Part shown: positions 10,069 to 18,779 of the stretch, one piece after another
Numbering within the stretch: the first letter of the stretch is position 1
Layout of the letters: the number at the start of each line of letters is the position of its first letter
Translations under genes and position numbers: made by a program
Notes under the pieces: generated by a model
What the model saw: only the letters and a program-made list of their open reading frames with translations
Database searches by the model: none
What the model was told of the DNA's origin: nothing
Virus record (IMG/VR): IMGVR_UViG_3300007511_000004
Coordinates: 82,557-146,556 of that record
DNA: 64,000 bases
DNA from: a virus
Direction: 5' to 3' (one strand)

Positions 10069-10708
10069 CCTCGTTGCTCCTATGTATAGTAATGCGAAGA
10101 GAGCGTCAGATGAATTAGAAGCAAGTCAACCCTGGGCTGATGTACACTTTCGAGAACGGGTCGGCGGCGAACCTCTGAATCCTCCCCCATCACATACTAT
10201 GTGGCTTAAAGACACTGAGAAATATATGTCGGGTGCTAATGATACCGCATTCTCTCACTCCTACCCTGAACGTATGTGGGCACCGAGCGTCGATGGTATC
10301 CGCTTTAAAACTGGTAACCTGGGCGATGCAGTAGAGCTACTTAAAAAAGATAGCACTACCCGCCAGTGCTACGTTCCCATGTGGTTTCCCGAGGATATTG
10401 TAGCAGCCAATGCGGGAGAACGAGTACCGTGCTCATTTGGATGGCACTTTCTGGAACGTGGCGGTCAACTACACTGTTCATATCATATGCGATCTTGTGA
10501 TGTAGTCCGACACTTACATAATGATCTATACTTCGCCAATCGTCTTACTATGTGGATGATTGAGCAAAGCGGTATGGATGTTAAGCCTGGGTATCTTCAC
10601 TTCTCCTCGACCTCGCTCCATTGCTTTGCAAATGATCGTTTCGCATTGAGGCGTCTTTCGGGTGTGACCGAATATAACTGGGATAATTTTGAAGGAGCAG
10701 CCGTTTAA
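9926..10708 (+). CDS. thymidylate synthase homologue, dCMP hydroxymethylase-like
   Basis: TTRQ, catalytic VPC, MRSCDVVRHLHND (Asp at the specificity position, as in T4 gp42 MRSND...ND), SLH. Confidence 0.75.
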   Translation: MNRVSGRNLSEGLKALRTLLYRQGYEIQTGSWQGTTSPPTFLEILHADLVAPMYSNAKRASDELEASQPWADVHFRERVGGEPLNPPPSHTMWLKDTEKYMSGANDTAFSHSYPERMWAPSVDGIRFKTGNLGDAVELLKKDSTTRQCYVPMWFPEDIVAANAGERVPCSFGWHFLERGGQLHCSYHMRSCDVVRHLHNDLYFANRLTMWMIEQSGMDVKPGYLHFSSTSLHCFANDRFALRRLSGVTEYNWDNFEGAAV

Positions 10709-12003
10709 TGTGTGGACTTATTGCAGCAATTGGTTCCGAAATCGATGTAGAGGCGTTACTTGAGACCATCGCCCATCGCGGTTTACCCGGATATAAAGGA
10801 TATGAACGAAATCGGGACGTTCAGCTAGGCCATTATAGTCTACCCTTCGTCAATCTCGACCCTAACGTTGCCATTCAACCTCGAATGAATAGTAATTCGC
10901 TATTTGTTGGAGAAATCTTTAATTATGAAGAATTGGGGTTTGAGGATGATATTGAGGCAGCTTGGCAAACCTTTTGGATAAAGGGCATCCGAGAGTTTAA
11001 TAGATTTGATGGCTTCTGGACATATGTCACAGTTATGGATGGGGCACTGTTCGGGGTAACCGATCATCTTAGCATTAAACCCCTTTATTATCGTACCGAT
11101 GTAGATGCCATGGCTTCCGAGCCTGAAGTACTACGGGCATTCGGTCCAGTTACTCGTAATGAATTATTCCATGCCAATACTATGAAGTGGGGATACGATC
11201 CAACCGGTGGCACCCCGTGGAATGAGATTCAACAGGTTCCACCCGGATGTTTTGTATATAAGGGGCAAGTACACAAGTACTGGGATTGGAGGACTATCTC
11301 GCACACTAACTTGCGGGCTGATCTAATCGAATCAGTCGAACGACGACTTGGCGGCCAACGCGATCTTTCAATCCTACTATCTGGCGGACTTGATTCAACT
11401 ATCATCTATAAAATAATTACTGAAATCCTCAATCGTGATGTTACTGCGATCCATGTGGATAATCAAGAAGAAGACTACGCCCGATTGGTTTCAAATGAGA
11501 TGATCGAAGTTCGACTTGATGGTATCAGTGATGCAGACAGCGTATCGGTTCACCAATCACCCGTGGATCTGGGGAGTACTAAGCCCCAGATCGCCATGGC
11601 CCGGAAGTTGAAAGAATTAGCCTTTCATGCAGTATTGACCGGCGATGGTGCAGATGAACTTTTCGGGGGTTATCGACGCGCTAAAGAGTATGATAGTCAA
11701 GCTTCCGACATTTGGTGCGAGCTACCGTACTATCACCTACCTAAATTAGATCGTACAATGATGAAGAGTACTATTGAACTTCGCGCACCATTCCTATCTC
11801 CTAAGGTAATCGTCCATGCTCTTAATACCCCCTATGAACAACGTAATGGTGAAAAGAAAGTACTAAAGGAAGCGTTCAAAGATCTTGTGCCACAGGAAAT
11901 CTTAGATCGAGATAAACACCCTCTTAAGACCGATCAAATTCGTACTGATCCAATGAAACAACGAATTATTAATGAAAAAATCTGGAGAGAATTTAATGGA
12001 TAA
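10708..12003 (+). CDS. asparagine synthetase B-like glutamine amidotransferase
   Basis: N-terminal MCG (Ntn Cys), HRG, GEIFNY, LSGGLDS, GDGADELFGGY, ELRAPFL, EK..L. Confidence 0.9.
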   Translation: MCGLIAAIGSEIDVEALLETIAHRGLPGYKGYERNRDVQLGHYSLPFVNLDPNVAIQPRMNSNSLFVGEIFNYEELGFEDDIEAAWQTFWIKGIREFNRFDGFWTYVTVMDGALFGVTDHLSIKPLYYRTDVDAMASEPEVLRAFGPVTRNELFHANTMKWGYDPTGGTPWNEIQQVPPGCFVYKGQVHKYWDWRTISHTNLRADLIESVERRLGGQRDLSILLSGGLDSTIIYKIITEILNRDVTAIHVDNQEEDYARLVSNEMIEVRLDGISDADSVSVHQSPVDLGSTKPQIAMARKLKELAFHAVLTGDGADELFGGYRRAKEYDSQASDIWCELPYYHLPKLDRTMMKSTIELRAPFLSPKVIVHALNTPYEQRNGEKKVLKEAFKDLVPQEILDRDKHPLKTDQIRTDPMKQRIINEKIWREFNG

Positions 12004-12433
12004 GTGGGATACTCGTTATTTGAAATTGGCGAAGGAAGTCTCTACCTGGTCTAAAGATCCTTCGACCCAGATTGGAGCAGTAGCCGTCGGGAATAAGGGC
12101 GAAATATTATCGACCGGATATAACGGCTTCCCTCGCCACATTGCCGATCTTGATGAAAGATATGAAGATAGAGATATCAAATATAAATACATCGTCCATG
12201 CAGAGGCTAATTGCATATATAATGCTACATATAATGGGGTATCTCTAAGAGACAGCACCATGTACGTCTACGGTCTCCCCTGCTGTTCCGAATGTGGAAA
12301 GGCCATTATCCAAGTCGGGGTTAAACGAGTGGTCATGCACGGGGATCCTAATAATGATAGGTGGCGGGAATCTACGGAACGCACGCTAGGAATGTTTAAA
12401 GAAGCACTGATTGAATGGGAGTTTGATAATTGA
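11996..12433 (+). CDS. cd: dCMP deaminase
   Basis: SKDPSTQIGA, TGYNG, HAEAN, PCC.EC. Confidence 0.92.
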   Translation: MDKWDTRYLKLAKEVSTWSKDPSTQIGAVAVGNKGEILSTGYNGFPRHIADLDERYEDRDIKYKYIVHAEANCIYNATYNGVSLRDSTMYVYGLPCCSECGKAIIQVGVKRVVMHGDPNNDRWRESTERTLGMFKEALIEWEFDN

Positions 12434-13272
12434 AACGGATTATTATTGTCGGTCACGGCTTTGTTGGGAAGGCAGTAGATTACGGGTTTACGAATCCACA
12501 GGTAGAGAAGATCATAATTGATCCGAAATATGGTACAGATCTTTCCGACCTAAGCAATCTTATTGAAACAGACGCAATATTTGTCTGCTTACCTACCCCC
12601 ATGGATAAGGATGGATCGATCGATAGCGAAATCCTTGAATCGACATTGACCCGTCTTAAGGGTCGGATCACTGGTCTTGATAGACCTAAGGTAATTGTTA
12701 AATCAACCGTGACTCCCGACGTGCTCAAGCGGGTCTACTTCCGAGGCTTAGTTTATAATCCGGAATTCCTGACGGAGCGATCTGCAAATGAACAATTCAT
12801 CAATCCTACTATGCACATTTTAGGTGGCAGACGCGAAGATACTGAAGTGGTAGAGAAGCTAATTAATGAATATTCTCTTTGTAGCCCCGCACCCGTTTAC
12901 CATATGTCTATGTCAGAGGCGTCATTTGTTAAATATGGCATCAACGCCTTCCTTGCACTTAAGGTCCTTTTCTTCAATCAGTTGTATGATGTCGTGAATG
13001 ACGATGATGATAGTAATTTCGCACGCGTCATAAAAGCCATAGGTTCTGATCCGCGGATCGGCCACAGTCACACAAAGGTGCCGGGTTTTGATGGTAAACA
13101 AGGATTCGGTGGTGCATGTTTTCCCAAGGACATTTCTGCATTAAATACCTTCTCAGAGAGGTTTACAATCCTCGAAGAATGTGTTACAATAAACAATAAC
13201 TATCGTAAGAACTATGTATTAGACGATAGAGAGAAATCACAAAATATTTCATACAGGGAAACCAATAAATGA
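12430..13272 (+). CDS. nucleotide-sugar (UDP-glucose-like) 6-dehydrogenase, short form
   Basis: GHGFVG, CLPTP, KSTV, NPEFL, GFGGACFPKD. Confidence 0.85.
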   Translation: MKRIIIVGHGFVGKAVDYGFTNPQVEKIIIDPKYGTDLSDLSNLIETDAIFVCLPTPMDKDGSIDSEILESTLTRLKGRITGLDRPKVIVKSTVTPDVLKRVYFRGLVYNPEFLTERSANEQFINPTMHILGGRREDTEVVEKLINEYSLCSPAPVYHMSMSEASFVKYGINAFLALKVLFFNQLYDVVNDDDDSNFARVIKAIGSDPRIGHSHTKVPGFDGKQGFGGACFPKDISALNTFSERFTILEECVTINNNYRKNYVLDDREKSQNISYRETNK

Positions 13273-14180
13273 GTATTATGCAAAAGTTAAAGAAGAATAG
13301 TAGAGTTAAGTCCACCTCTATTCTATCCGAATCCAAATTCTTTAATGAAAAGGACATGATTACAACTGATGTTCCGATGATCAACGTCGCGTTATCAGGT
13401 GCAGTTGATGGTGGCCTATCATCAGGTCTTACGGTCCTTGCTGGTCCATCTAAGCACTTTAAAACTTCATTTGCTTTGTTAATGGCATCTGCATACCTGA
13501 AAAAATACGATGATGCGGTTATCCTATTCTACGATTCAGAATTCGGTTCGCCCCAATCTTACTTTGAACAGTTTGATATTGATACATCCCGAGTACTCCA
13601 TACGCCAATTACTAACGTCGAGGAACTCAAATTTGATATGATCCATCAGCTCGAAAGTCTCGAGCGAGGGGATAAGGTTGTTGTTGTCATTGACTCGATA
13701 GGCAACCTCGCATCTAAGAAGGAACTAGATGATGCTCTGAGTGAGAAATCAGTAGCAGATATGAGCCGCGCAAAAGCTCTTAAGGGGCTATTCCGAATGG
13801 CAACCCCTTATCTAACCATGAAGAACATTCCGATGCTTGCGATTAACCACACGTATCAAACCCTAGAATTATTTAGCAAAGCGGTAGTATCCGGTGGTTG
13901 TGTTGTCGAAGGAACTAAGATTCAAACGCAACGTGGTCTAATTGAAATTCAAGATGTGCGTGAAGATGACATTATCATTACCCAATACGGCGATAAAGAA
14001 GTCAAAGCGTTATGGAATCCAGATACACTTGAAGAAGGCAATCCTGAGTGTTATGAGATTGAATTTGAAGATGGGTACAAGGTAACCTGTTCAGATAAAC
14101 ACAAGTTCATCGTAAATGGGGAATGGGTTGCTGCTAAAGACTTGGTAGAAGATATGGATTGTGAAACCTTGAAATCTTAA
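13269..14180 (+). CDS. uvsX: UvsX recombinase N-extein (210 aa) fused to N-terminal half of a split intein (93 aa, 13899-14177)
   Basis: AGPSKHFKT, YDSEFG, IDSIGNLAS, DMSRAK; after VVSGG the sequence switches to intein block A (CVVEGTKIQT) and block B (VTCSDKHKF), then a stop. Confidence 0.93.
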   Translation: MSIMQKLKKNSRVKSTSILSESKFFNEKDMITTDVPMINVALSGAVDGGLSSGLTVLAGPSKHFKTSFALLMASAYLKKYDDAVILFYDSEFGSPQSYFEQFDIDTSRVLHTPITNVEELKFDMIHQLESLERGDKVVVVIDSIGNLASKKELDDALSEKSVADMSRAKALKGLFRMATPYLTMKNIPMLAINHTYQTLELFSKAVVSGGCVVEGTKIQTQRGLIEIQDVREDDIIITQYGDKEVKALWNPDTLEEGNPECYEIEFEDGYKVTCSDKHKFIVNGEWVAAKDLVEDMDCETLKS

Positions 14181-14184
14181 TTTG

Positions 14185-14192
14185 TATAAATA
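14185..14192 (+). promoter_or_regulatory. late promoter for the homing endonuclease
   Basis: TATAAATA in the 48-bp gap after the N-intein stop. Confidence 0.75.
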
Positions 14193-14228
14193 TTATCAGC
14201 AGTATAATACATAACCTGAGAGGCTGAT

Positions 14229-15059
14229 ATGAATTACAAATTACATTACGATAGATTAATAAGCAATGCAAGGTTGCGATTAAACGTGGACCAGTATACG
14301 GAAAAGCACCATATTATACCTAAGTGTATGGGTGGTGGTGATACCCCTGATAATCTGGTTAGATTAACAGCCAAGGAGCATTTCGTTGCACATCACCTAC
14401 TATGGAAAGAATACCGAACACCTGAATTGGCTCATGCCTGGTTTATGATGCTTCGGTGTGACCCTAACCAGAAAAGAGAATTTACAGCCAAACAGCATGA
14501 GGCTGCAACAATCGCGCATGTTGAAGTTCTGAGAAAAACTATGGTTGGTTCGGGTAATCATTTTTATGGAAGAAAGCATACTGAAGCGGCTAAGGCTAAA
14601 ATCAGTAGAGCCAATACAGGTAAGGCTCATACCCAAGAGTTTAGAGATGCATACTCCAAGAGATTCAAAGGTATACCTAAGACCCCAGAACATCGAGCTA
14701 AGATAGGTCGTACCGGACTTTCTATGTATCAGAACATAGAAACTGGTGAAATTGTAAGAGTAGCTAAAGGGACCTTAGACGAAACCTTGTGGGTTAACCC
14801 TAGGAAATTGAAGCCAGAAGCCCGACGCAAATGCACTTACTGTGATTTTATATCCACAGAATCCAATCTAAAGATGTGGCATGATGGTAATTGTCGGTGG
14901 AAAGATACTGGAATATATGTTAAGCCATCAAGTATAAGAACCACTAATAGGAAACGAATACCAGTTACAATAGACGGAGTACAATACAAATCGATTAACG
15001 CGGCCGCGAAGGCATTAGGAGTGAGTAAATATGAAATCAAAAAACTGGCTGCCATTTGA
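14229..15059 (+). mobile_element. free-standing HNH homing endonuclease (MobE-like) with NUMOD3-like DNA-binding repeats
   Basis: EKHHIIPKCMGG.D...NLV.LTA.EH..AH; H/KT.E.K.KI repeats; C-terminal IDGV.Y.SI..AAKALG. Confidence 0.85.
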
Positions 15060-15207
15060 GTCATTGGATAATGAACAATATATCCGTTACTTAGAACGGG
15101 CTGAAATGTTTCATGAAAAAGATTTACATACCGATAAAACTGTGATACAATTAGCTAATGTATTATATGAAAAGGAGATGGCTAAAAATGAAAGTAAAAT
15201 CAATTAA
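15031..15207 (+). CDS. 58-aa hypothetical protein between the endonuclease and the C-intein (not in ORF track)
   Basis: AGGAG RBS, MKSKNWLPFESLDNEQYIRYLERAEMF...SKIN*; overlaps both neighbours. Confidence 0.55.
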   Translation: MKSKNWLPFESLDNEQYIRYLERAEMFHEKDLHTDKTVIQLANVLYEKEMAKNESKIN

Positions 15208-15310
15208 TAATGTAGGTCGTAAACCTGTTTACGATCTTTCTGTTAATAGTAATAATTACGATGAACAGCAATACGTGCTTGAAAATGGTGTAGTAACACA
15301 TAACACGGGT
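15188..15310 (+). CDS. uvsX: exon 1 of the uvsX C-part: C-terminal split-intein half (39 aa) plus extein Thr-Gly
   Basis: AGGAG RBS; MKVKSINNVGRKPVYDLSV...YVLENGVVTHN|TG = intein blocks F/G ending His-Asn with +1 Thr. Confidence 0.92.
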
Positions 15311-15554
15311 AAATAAGTGCCCCTTAATATGGTAACATATTTCGAAAACTCCTCTAATTGCTGGGAACTCCTACGGGACAATCAGCAGCCAAGACCGAAA
15401 GGTAAGGTTCAACGACTAGTCGAAAGACGTACACTCAAGTGAGTGGAAATGGGGAGCAACCTAATTAGGTTGAAGATATAGTCTGATCTATATGGTAACA
15501 TATAGCTGGGTAGAGTCCCGGGGTAAGATTAACGACCTTATCTGAACATAAATG
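15311..15554 (+). ncRNA. ORF-less group I self-splicing intron (244 nt) in uvsX
   Basis: P AATTGCTGGGAACTCC, Q AATCAGCAGCC, R GTTCAACGACTA, S AAGATATAGTCT; P1 U15310.G15319; P3 ctcctc/ggggag; P7 gacta/tagtc; terminal G; removal restores TG-IYYSA. Confidence 0.92.
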
Positions 15555-15968
15555 ATTTACTACTCGGCCTCCAATATCTGGATCCTGGGACGACAGCAAG
15601 ATAAACAAGGTACTGAAATAAAAGGATATCATTTTGTCATTAATGTCGAAAAATCACGATACGTCAAAGAGAAATCAAAGATACCGATCTCAGTTAGTTG
15701 GGAAGGTGGGGTTCAGCGTTGGTCTGGTCTCCTTGAAGTTGCTCTTGCGGGTAATTATGTTGCAAAGCCGTCTAATGGATGGTACCAATATGTTGACCAA
15801 GAAACTGGGGAGCTTGTTGGAACAAAATGTCGAGAAAAGGAAACGCTCAATGAAAGCTTCTGGACGCCAATCCTAGAAAAGACTGATTTTAAAGAATTCA
15901 TTCGAAAGCAATATCAGATTGGTCATACAGCAATCGTTGAAATGGATAAGATTGTGGTAGAGGGATGA
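15555..15968 (+). CDS. uvsX: exon 2 of the uvsX C-part (C-extein)
   Basis: IYYSASNIWILGRQQDK.G.EI.GY.F.INVEKSR.VKEKSK...GG...WSGLL..AL...V.KP.NGWY matches the UvsX C-terminal domain. Confidence 0.93.
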   Translation: MYYSASNIWILGRQQDKQGTEIKGYHFVINVEKSRYVKEKSKIPISVSWEGGVQRWSGLLEVALAGNYVAKPSNGWYQYVDQETGELVGTKCREKETLNESFWTPILEKTDFKEFIRKQYQIGHTAIVEMDKIVVEG

Positions 15969-16231
15969 TAGAGAATACCGACTATAGATTAATCCCGGAT
16001 CAGGGTGATGGAGATGACACTTGGCAGGTCCGAATCATATCTGGGGATTTTGTAGAGACCGTAATTAAGTATGGGAAATTAGCTCTAAAGGATGACGGTC
16101 TTATGACCTTTGACTTTGATGTCGTTGTGTCACCCATCGAGGGACTAAATTCTGAAGACGGGGGTTTACAAACGGCGGCAAAAGAGATACTATTATCGAT
16201 AATGGAAAGAGTATTTGAAGAAAAAGGGTAA
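15965..16231 (+). CDS. gp40-like head vertex assembly chaperone (positional)
   Basis: small acidic ORF between uvsX and gene 41, as in T4. Confidence 0.45.
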   Translation: MIENTDYRLIPDQGDGDDTWQVRIISGDFVETVIKYGKLALKDDGLMTFDFDVVVSPIEGLNSEDGGLQTAAKEILLSIMERVFEEKG

Positions 16232-16233
16232 CT

Positions 16234-17598
16234 ATGAACATTAATCTTGAGCAGACAATCCTCCGGAATTTGCTAGTAAACGAGAAATATACACGTAAGG
16301 TTCTCCCTTATATTAGTCCCGAATATTTTGAGGGCACATATAAAACACTATATCATGAGGTAGGTAAATTTGTAGCGAAATATAATAAATTACCTACTTT
16401 AGAATCATTTAAAATCCAGGTCGACGATGCAAGCATGAGCGATGAACAATATCGCCATGCGGTAGAGATCCTACCAGCTTTATTTGATAAAGAGGAAGTA
16501 GACCAAGAATGGCTTTTAGACACTACTGAAAAATGGTGTCAGGATCGCGCGGTATTCAATGCTGTAATGGAGTCAATTACGATCATTGACGGTAAGCACC
16601 AAACTCTTACTAAAAATGCTCTTCCAGAAATCCTCAGTAAGGCACTGGGCGTATCATTCGACTCTAATGTGGGTCACGATTACCTAGAGAATTGGCTAAC
16701 TCGATACGATTTCTATCACACCCAAGAATCCCGTATCCCATTTGATCTGGATATGTTAAATAAGATTACTAAGGGCGGTTTACCAAATAAAACCCTTAAT
16801 ATAATACTTGCGGGCACTGGAACAGGTAAATCCCTATTCATGTGTCACCAGGCAGCGGCAGCTCTTTCCGAAGGTTATAACGTACTCTATATTACTATGG
16901 AGATGGCAGAAGAACGCATCGCTGAACGCATTGATGCTAATCTAATGGATATCCCGATCGATCAGCTTGAAAATATGTCTAAGAATATGTTCTCCGAAAA
17001 AGTTGCACATATCTCTAAAAAGACCACGGGTAAATTAATTGTAAAAGAGTATCCGACTGGACAAGCTAATAGCTCACACTTCCGGGCACTGATAAACGAA
17101 CTTAAGTTGAAGAAGACGTTTAAACCTAATATCATCTTTATTGACTATCTAAATATCTGTGCTTCATCGAGGATGAAGACTATGGGAGGATCCATCAATT
17201 CCTATACATACATTAAGGCAATTGCGGAAGAACTACGAGGGTTGGCGGTTGAATTTGACGTTCCGATCGTATCTGCAACTCAAACGACGCGTTCGGGTTA
17301 TTCGAATCAGGATATTGGGCTTGAGGATACCTCGGAGTCTTTTGGACTACCCGCTACAGCAGACCTCATGTTCGCACTCGTCTCAACCGAAGAACTTGAA
17401 GCCCAAGGTCAAATAGCGGTCAAACAACTAAAGAATCGATATAATGATCCCACTAAGTTCAAACGATTTGTGCTTGGGGTAGATCGGAGTAAGATGAGAT
17501 TGTATGATGTAGATGTAGATGATCAGGGGTTAGTGGACGATACGCCAGCCTTCGATAAAAGTGAAATGAATAATCGATTCAAAGATTTTAAACTATAG
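16234..17598 (+). CDS. 41: replicative DNA helicase (T4 gp41-like)
   Basis: AGTGTGKS, ITMEMAEE, IFIDYLNIC, SATQTTR, SESFGLPATAD, KQLKNRY. Confidence 0.96.
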   Translation: MNINLEQTILRNLLVNEKYTRKVLPYISPEYFEGTYKTLYHEVGKFVAKYNKLPTLESFKIQVDDASMSDEQYRHAVEILPALFDKEEVDQEWLLDTTEKWCQDRAVFNAVMESITIIDGKHQTLTKNALPEILSKALGVSFDSNVGHDYLENWLTRYDFYHTQESRIPFDLDMLNKITKGGLPNKTLNIILAGTGTGKSLFMCHQAAAALSEGYNVLYITMEMAEERIAERIDANLMDIPIDQLENMSKNMFSEKVAHISKKTTGKLIVKEYPTGQANSSHFRALINELKLKKTFKPNIIFIDYLNICASSRMKTMGGSINSYTYIKAIAEELRGLAVEFDVPIVSATQTTRSGYSNQDIGLEDTSESFGLPATADLMFALVSTEELEAQGQIAVKQLKNRYNDPTKFKRFVLGVDRSKMRLYDVDVDDQGLVDDTPAFDKSEMNNRFKDFKL

Positions 17599-17607
17599 GA
17601 GTAAATA

Positions 17608-17838
17608 ATGCAAAATACTAGTAACGCAATCCGTAAACTGGTTCGACAGGAATATCTGAAATCCCCGGATCGTATCATCAACCAGTTAAAGGCTTCTAGG
17701 AAAGGTAAGCGGACCATGGTGACTATTGAGAACCCGAATAAAGAGGAAACCAACCGCCCCTTTATCCGGATTGAGGGTAAGGCCTGGTTTAAGTCCCAGA
17801 AGAAGACCAATCAAATTACTGTAAAGGAGGCAGAATGA
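17608..17838 (+). CDS. hypothetical basic protein
   Basis: AGGAG RBS, ORF in operon. Confidence 0.6.
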   Translation: MQNTSNAIRKLVRQEYLKSPDRIINQLKASRKGKRTMVTIENPNKEETNRPFIRIEGKAWFKSQKKTNQITVKEAE

Positions 17839-18506
17839 AAGCGCGTCTAGTCGGGTATACCCAACCCACCCTAGAATTCGAGAATGAATTTCGGAACGTC
17901 CAGGATCTGATCGCTTTCTGTGCACGGGTCTCAAATCCTGCCAATCAGTTTAATAATGAGACCGGCAAGAAGCTTATTGAGTATCTGATTAAGCATAAAC
18001 ATTGGTCACCCCTTGAAATGGCGAGTGCAACCCTGGAAGTTGAAACCACTCGGGATATTGCTCGACAGCTTATCCGACATAGATCATTTTCGTTTCAGGA
18101 GTTCTCACAGCGCTATGCTGATCCGAATGACCTAGAGGAATCATTTGTATTGAGGGAAGCGCGACTCCAGGATCCTAAGAATCGTCAAAACTCTATAGAT
18201 AATGATGATGAGAAATTGCAGAAAGGCTGGCACTTTAAACAACAGCAGATTATCCATGAATGCAAGTTAGCATACAAATGGGCAATCGAAAATGGTATCG
18301 CAAAGGAACAGGCGCGAGCAGTACTTCCGGAAGGCAATACAGTATCTAAATTGTATGTCAATGGTACACTCAGATCCTGGGTGCATTATATCGAATTACG
18401 GACGGGTAACGGAACGCAAAAAGAGCACATTGAGCTAGCTAGAGAGTGCGCAATTGCAATCGCCCGCTGTTTCCCTATGGTAGAAGGATTTACAGAGAAT
18501 GGGTAA
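17835..18506 (+). CDS. thyX: flavin-dependent thymidylate synthase
   Basis: ARVS, HWSPLE, RQLIRHRSFSFQEFSQRY, EQARAVLP, TQKEH. Confidence 0.95.
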   Translation: MKARLVGYTQPTLEFENEFRNVQDLIAFCARVSNPANQFNNETGKKLIEYLIKHKHWSPLEMASATLEVETTRDIARQLIRHRSFSFQEFSQRYADPNDLEESFVLREARLQDPKNRQNSIDNDDEKLQKGWHFKQQQIIHECKLAYKWAIENGIAKEQARAVLPEGNTVSKLYVNGTLRSWVHYIELRTGNGTQKEHIELARECAIAIARCFPMVEGFTENG

Positions 18507-18714
18507 AAAACTTTCAACTTACTACGCCGAACCAAACCCTCCAGATAATGGTTGTGCGGAGGTTCATGTTGATTTCCGACATGAGAGCCTTTATATTAAA
18601 TATTATGATGATCAGGGGAAGCTATTTTTCACTGAAGAATTCCCGGGTAAATCTCTTAGGTATGTAGAAGATGCAGCAGAAAATTGGGCATTAGGGATAA
18701 AAAAGTTGGATTAG
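18499..18714 (+). CDS. hypothetical protein
   Basis: ORF with KSL.YVEDAAENW. Confidence 0.55.
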   Translation: MGKKLSTYYAEPNPPDNGCAEVHVDFRHESLYIKYYDDQGKLFFTEEFPGKSLRYVEDAAENWALGIKKLD

Positions 18715-18779
18715 GGGGTTTACAAACAATTCGTAAGATGGTATAGTAATTCATAATCAATAATCAATGAGGCAGGATT

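Noticed and set aside
15552-15968. Stand-alone 138-aa ORF starting at ATG 15552
   Set aside because: The ATG is formed by the intron's last three bases and has no RBS; the sequence is exon 2 of the UvsX C-part.
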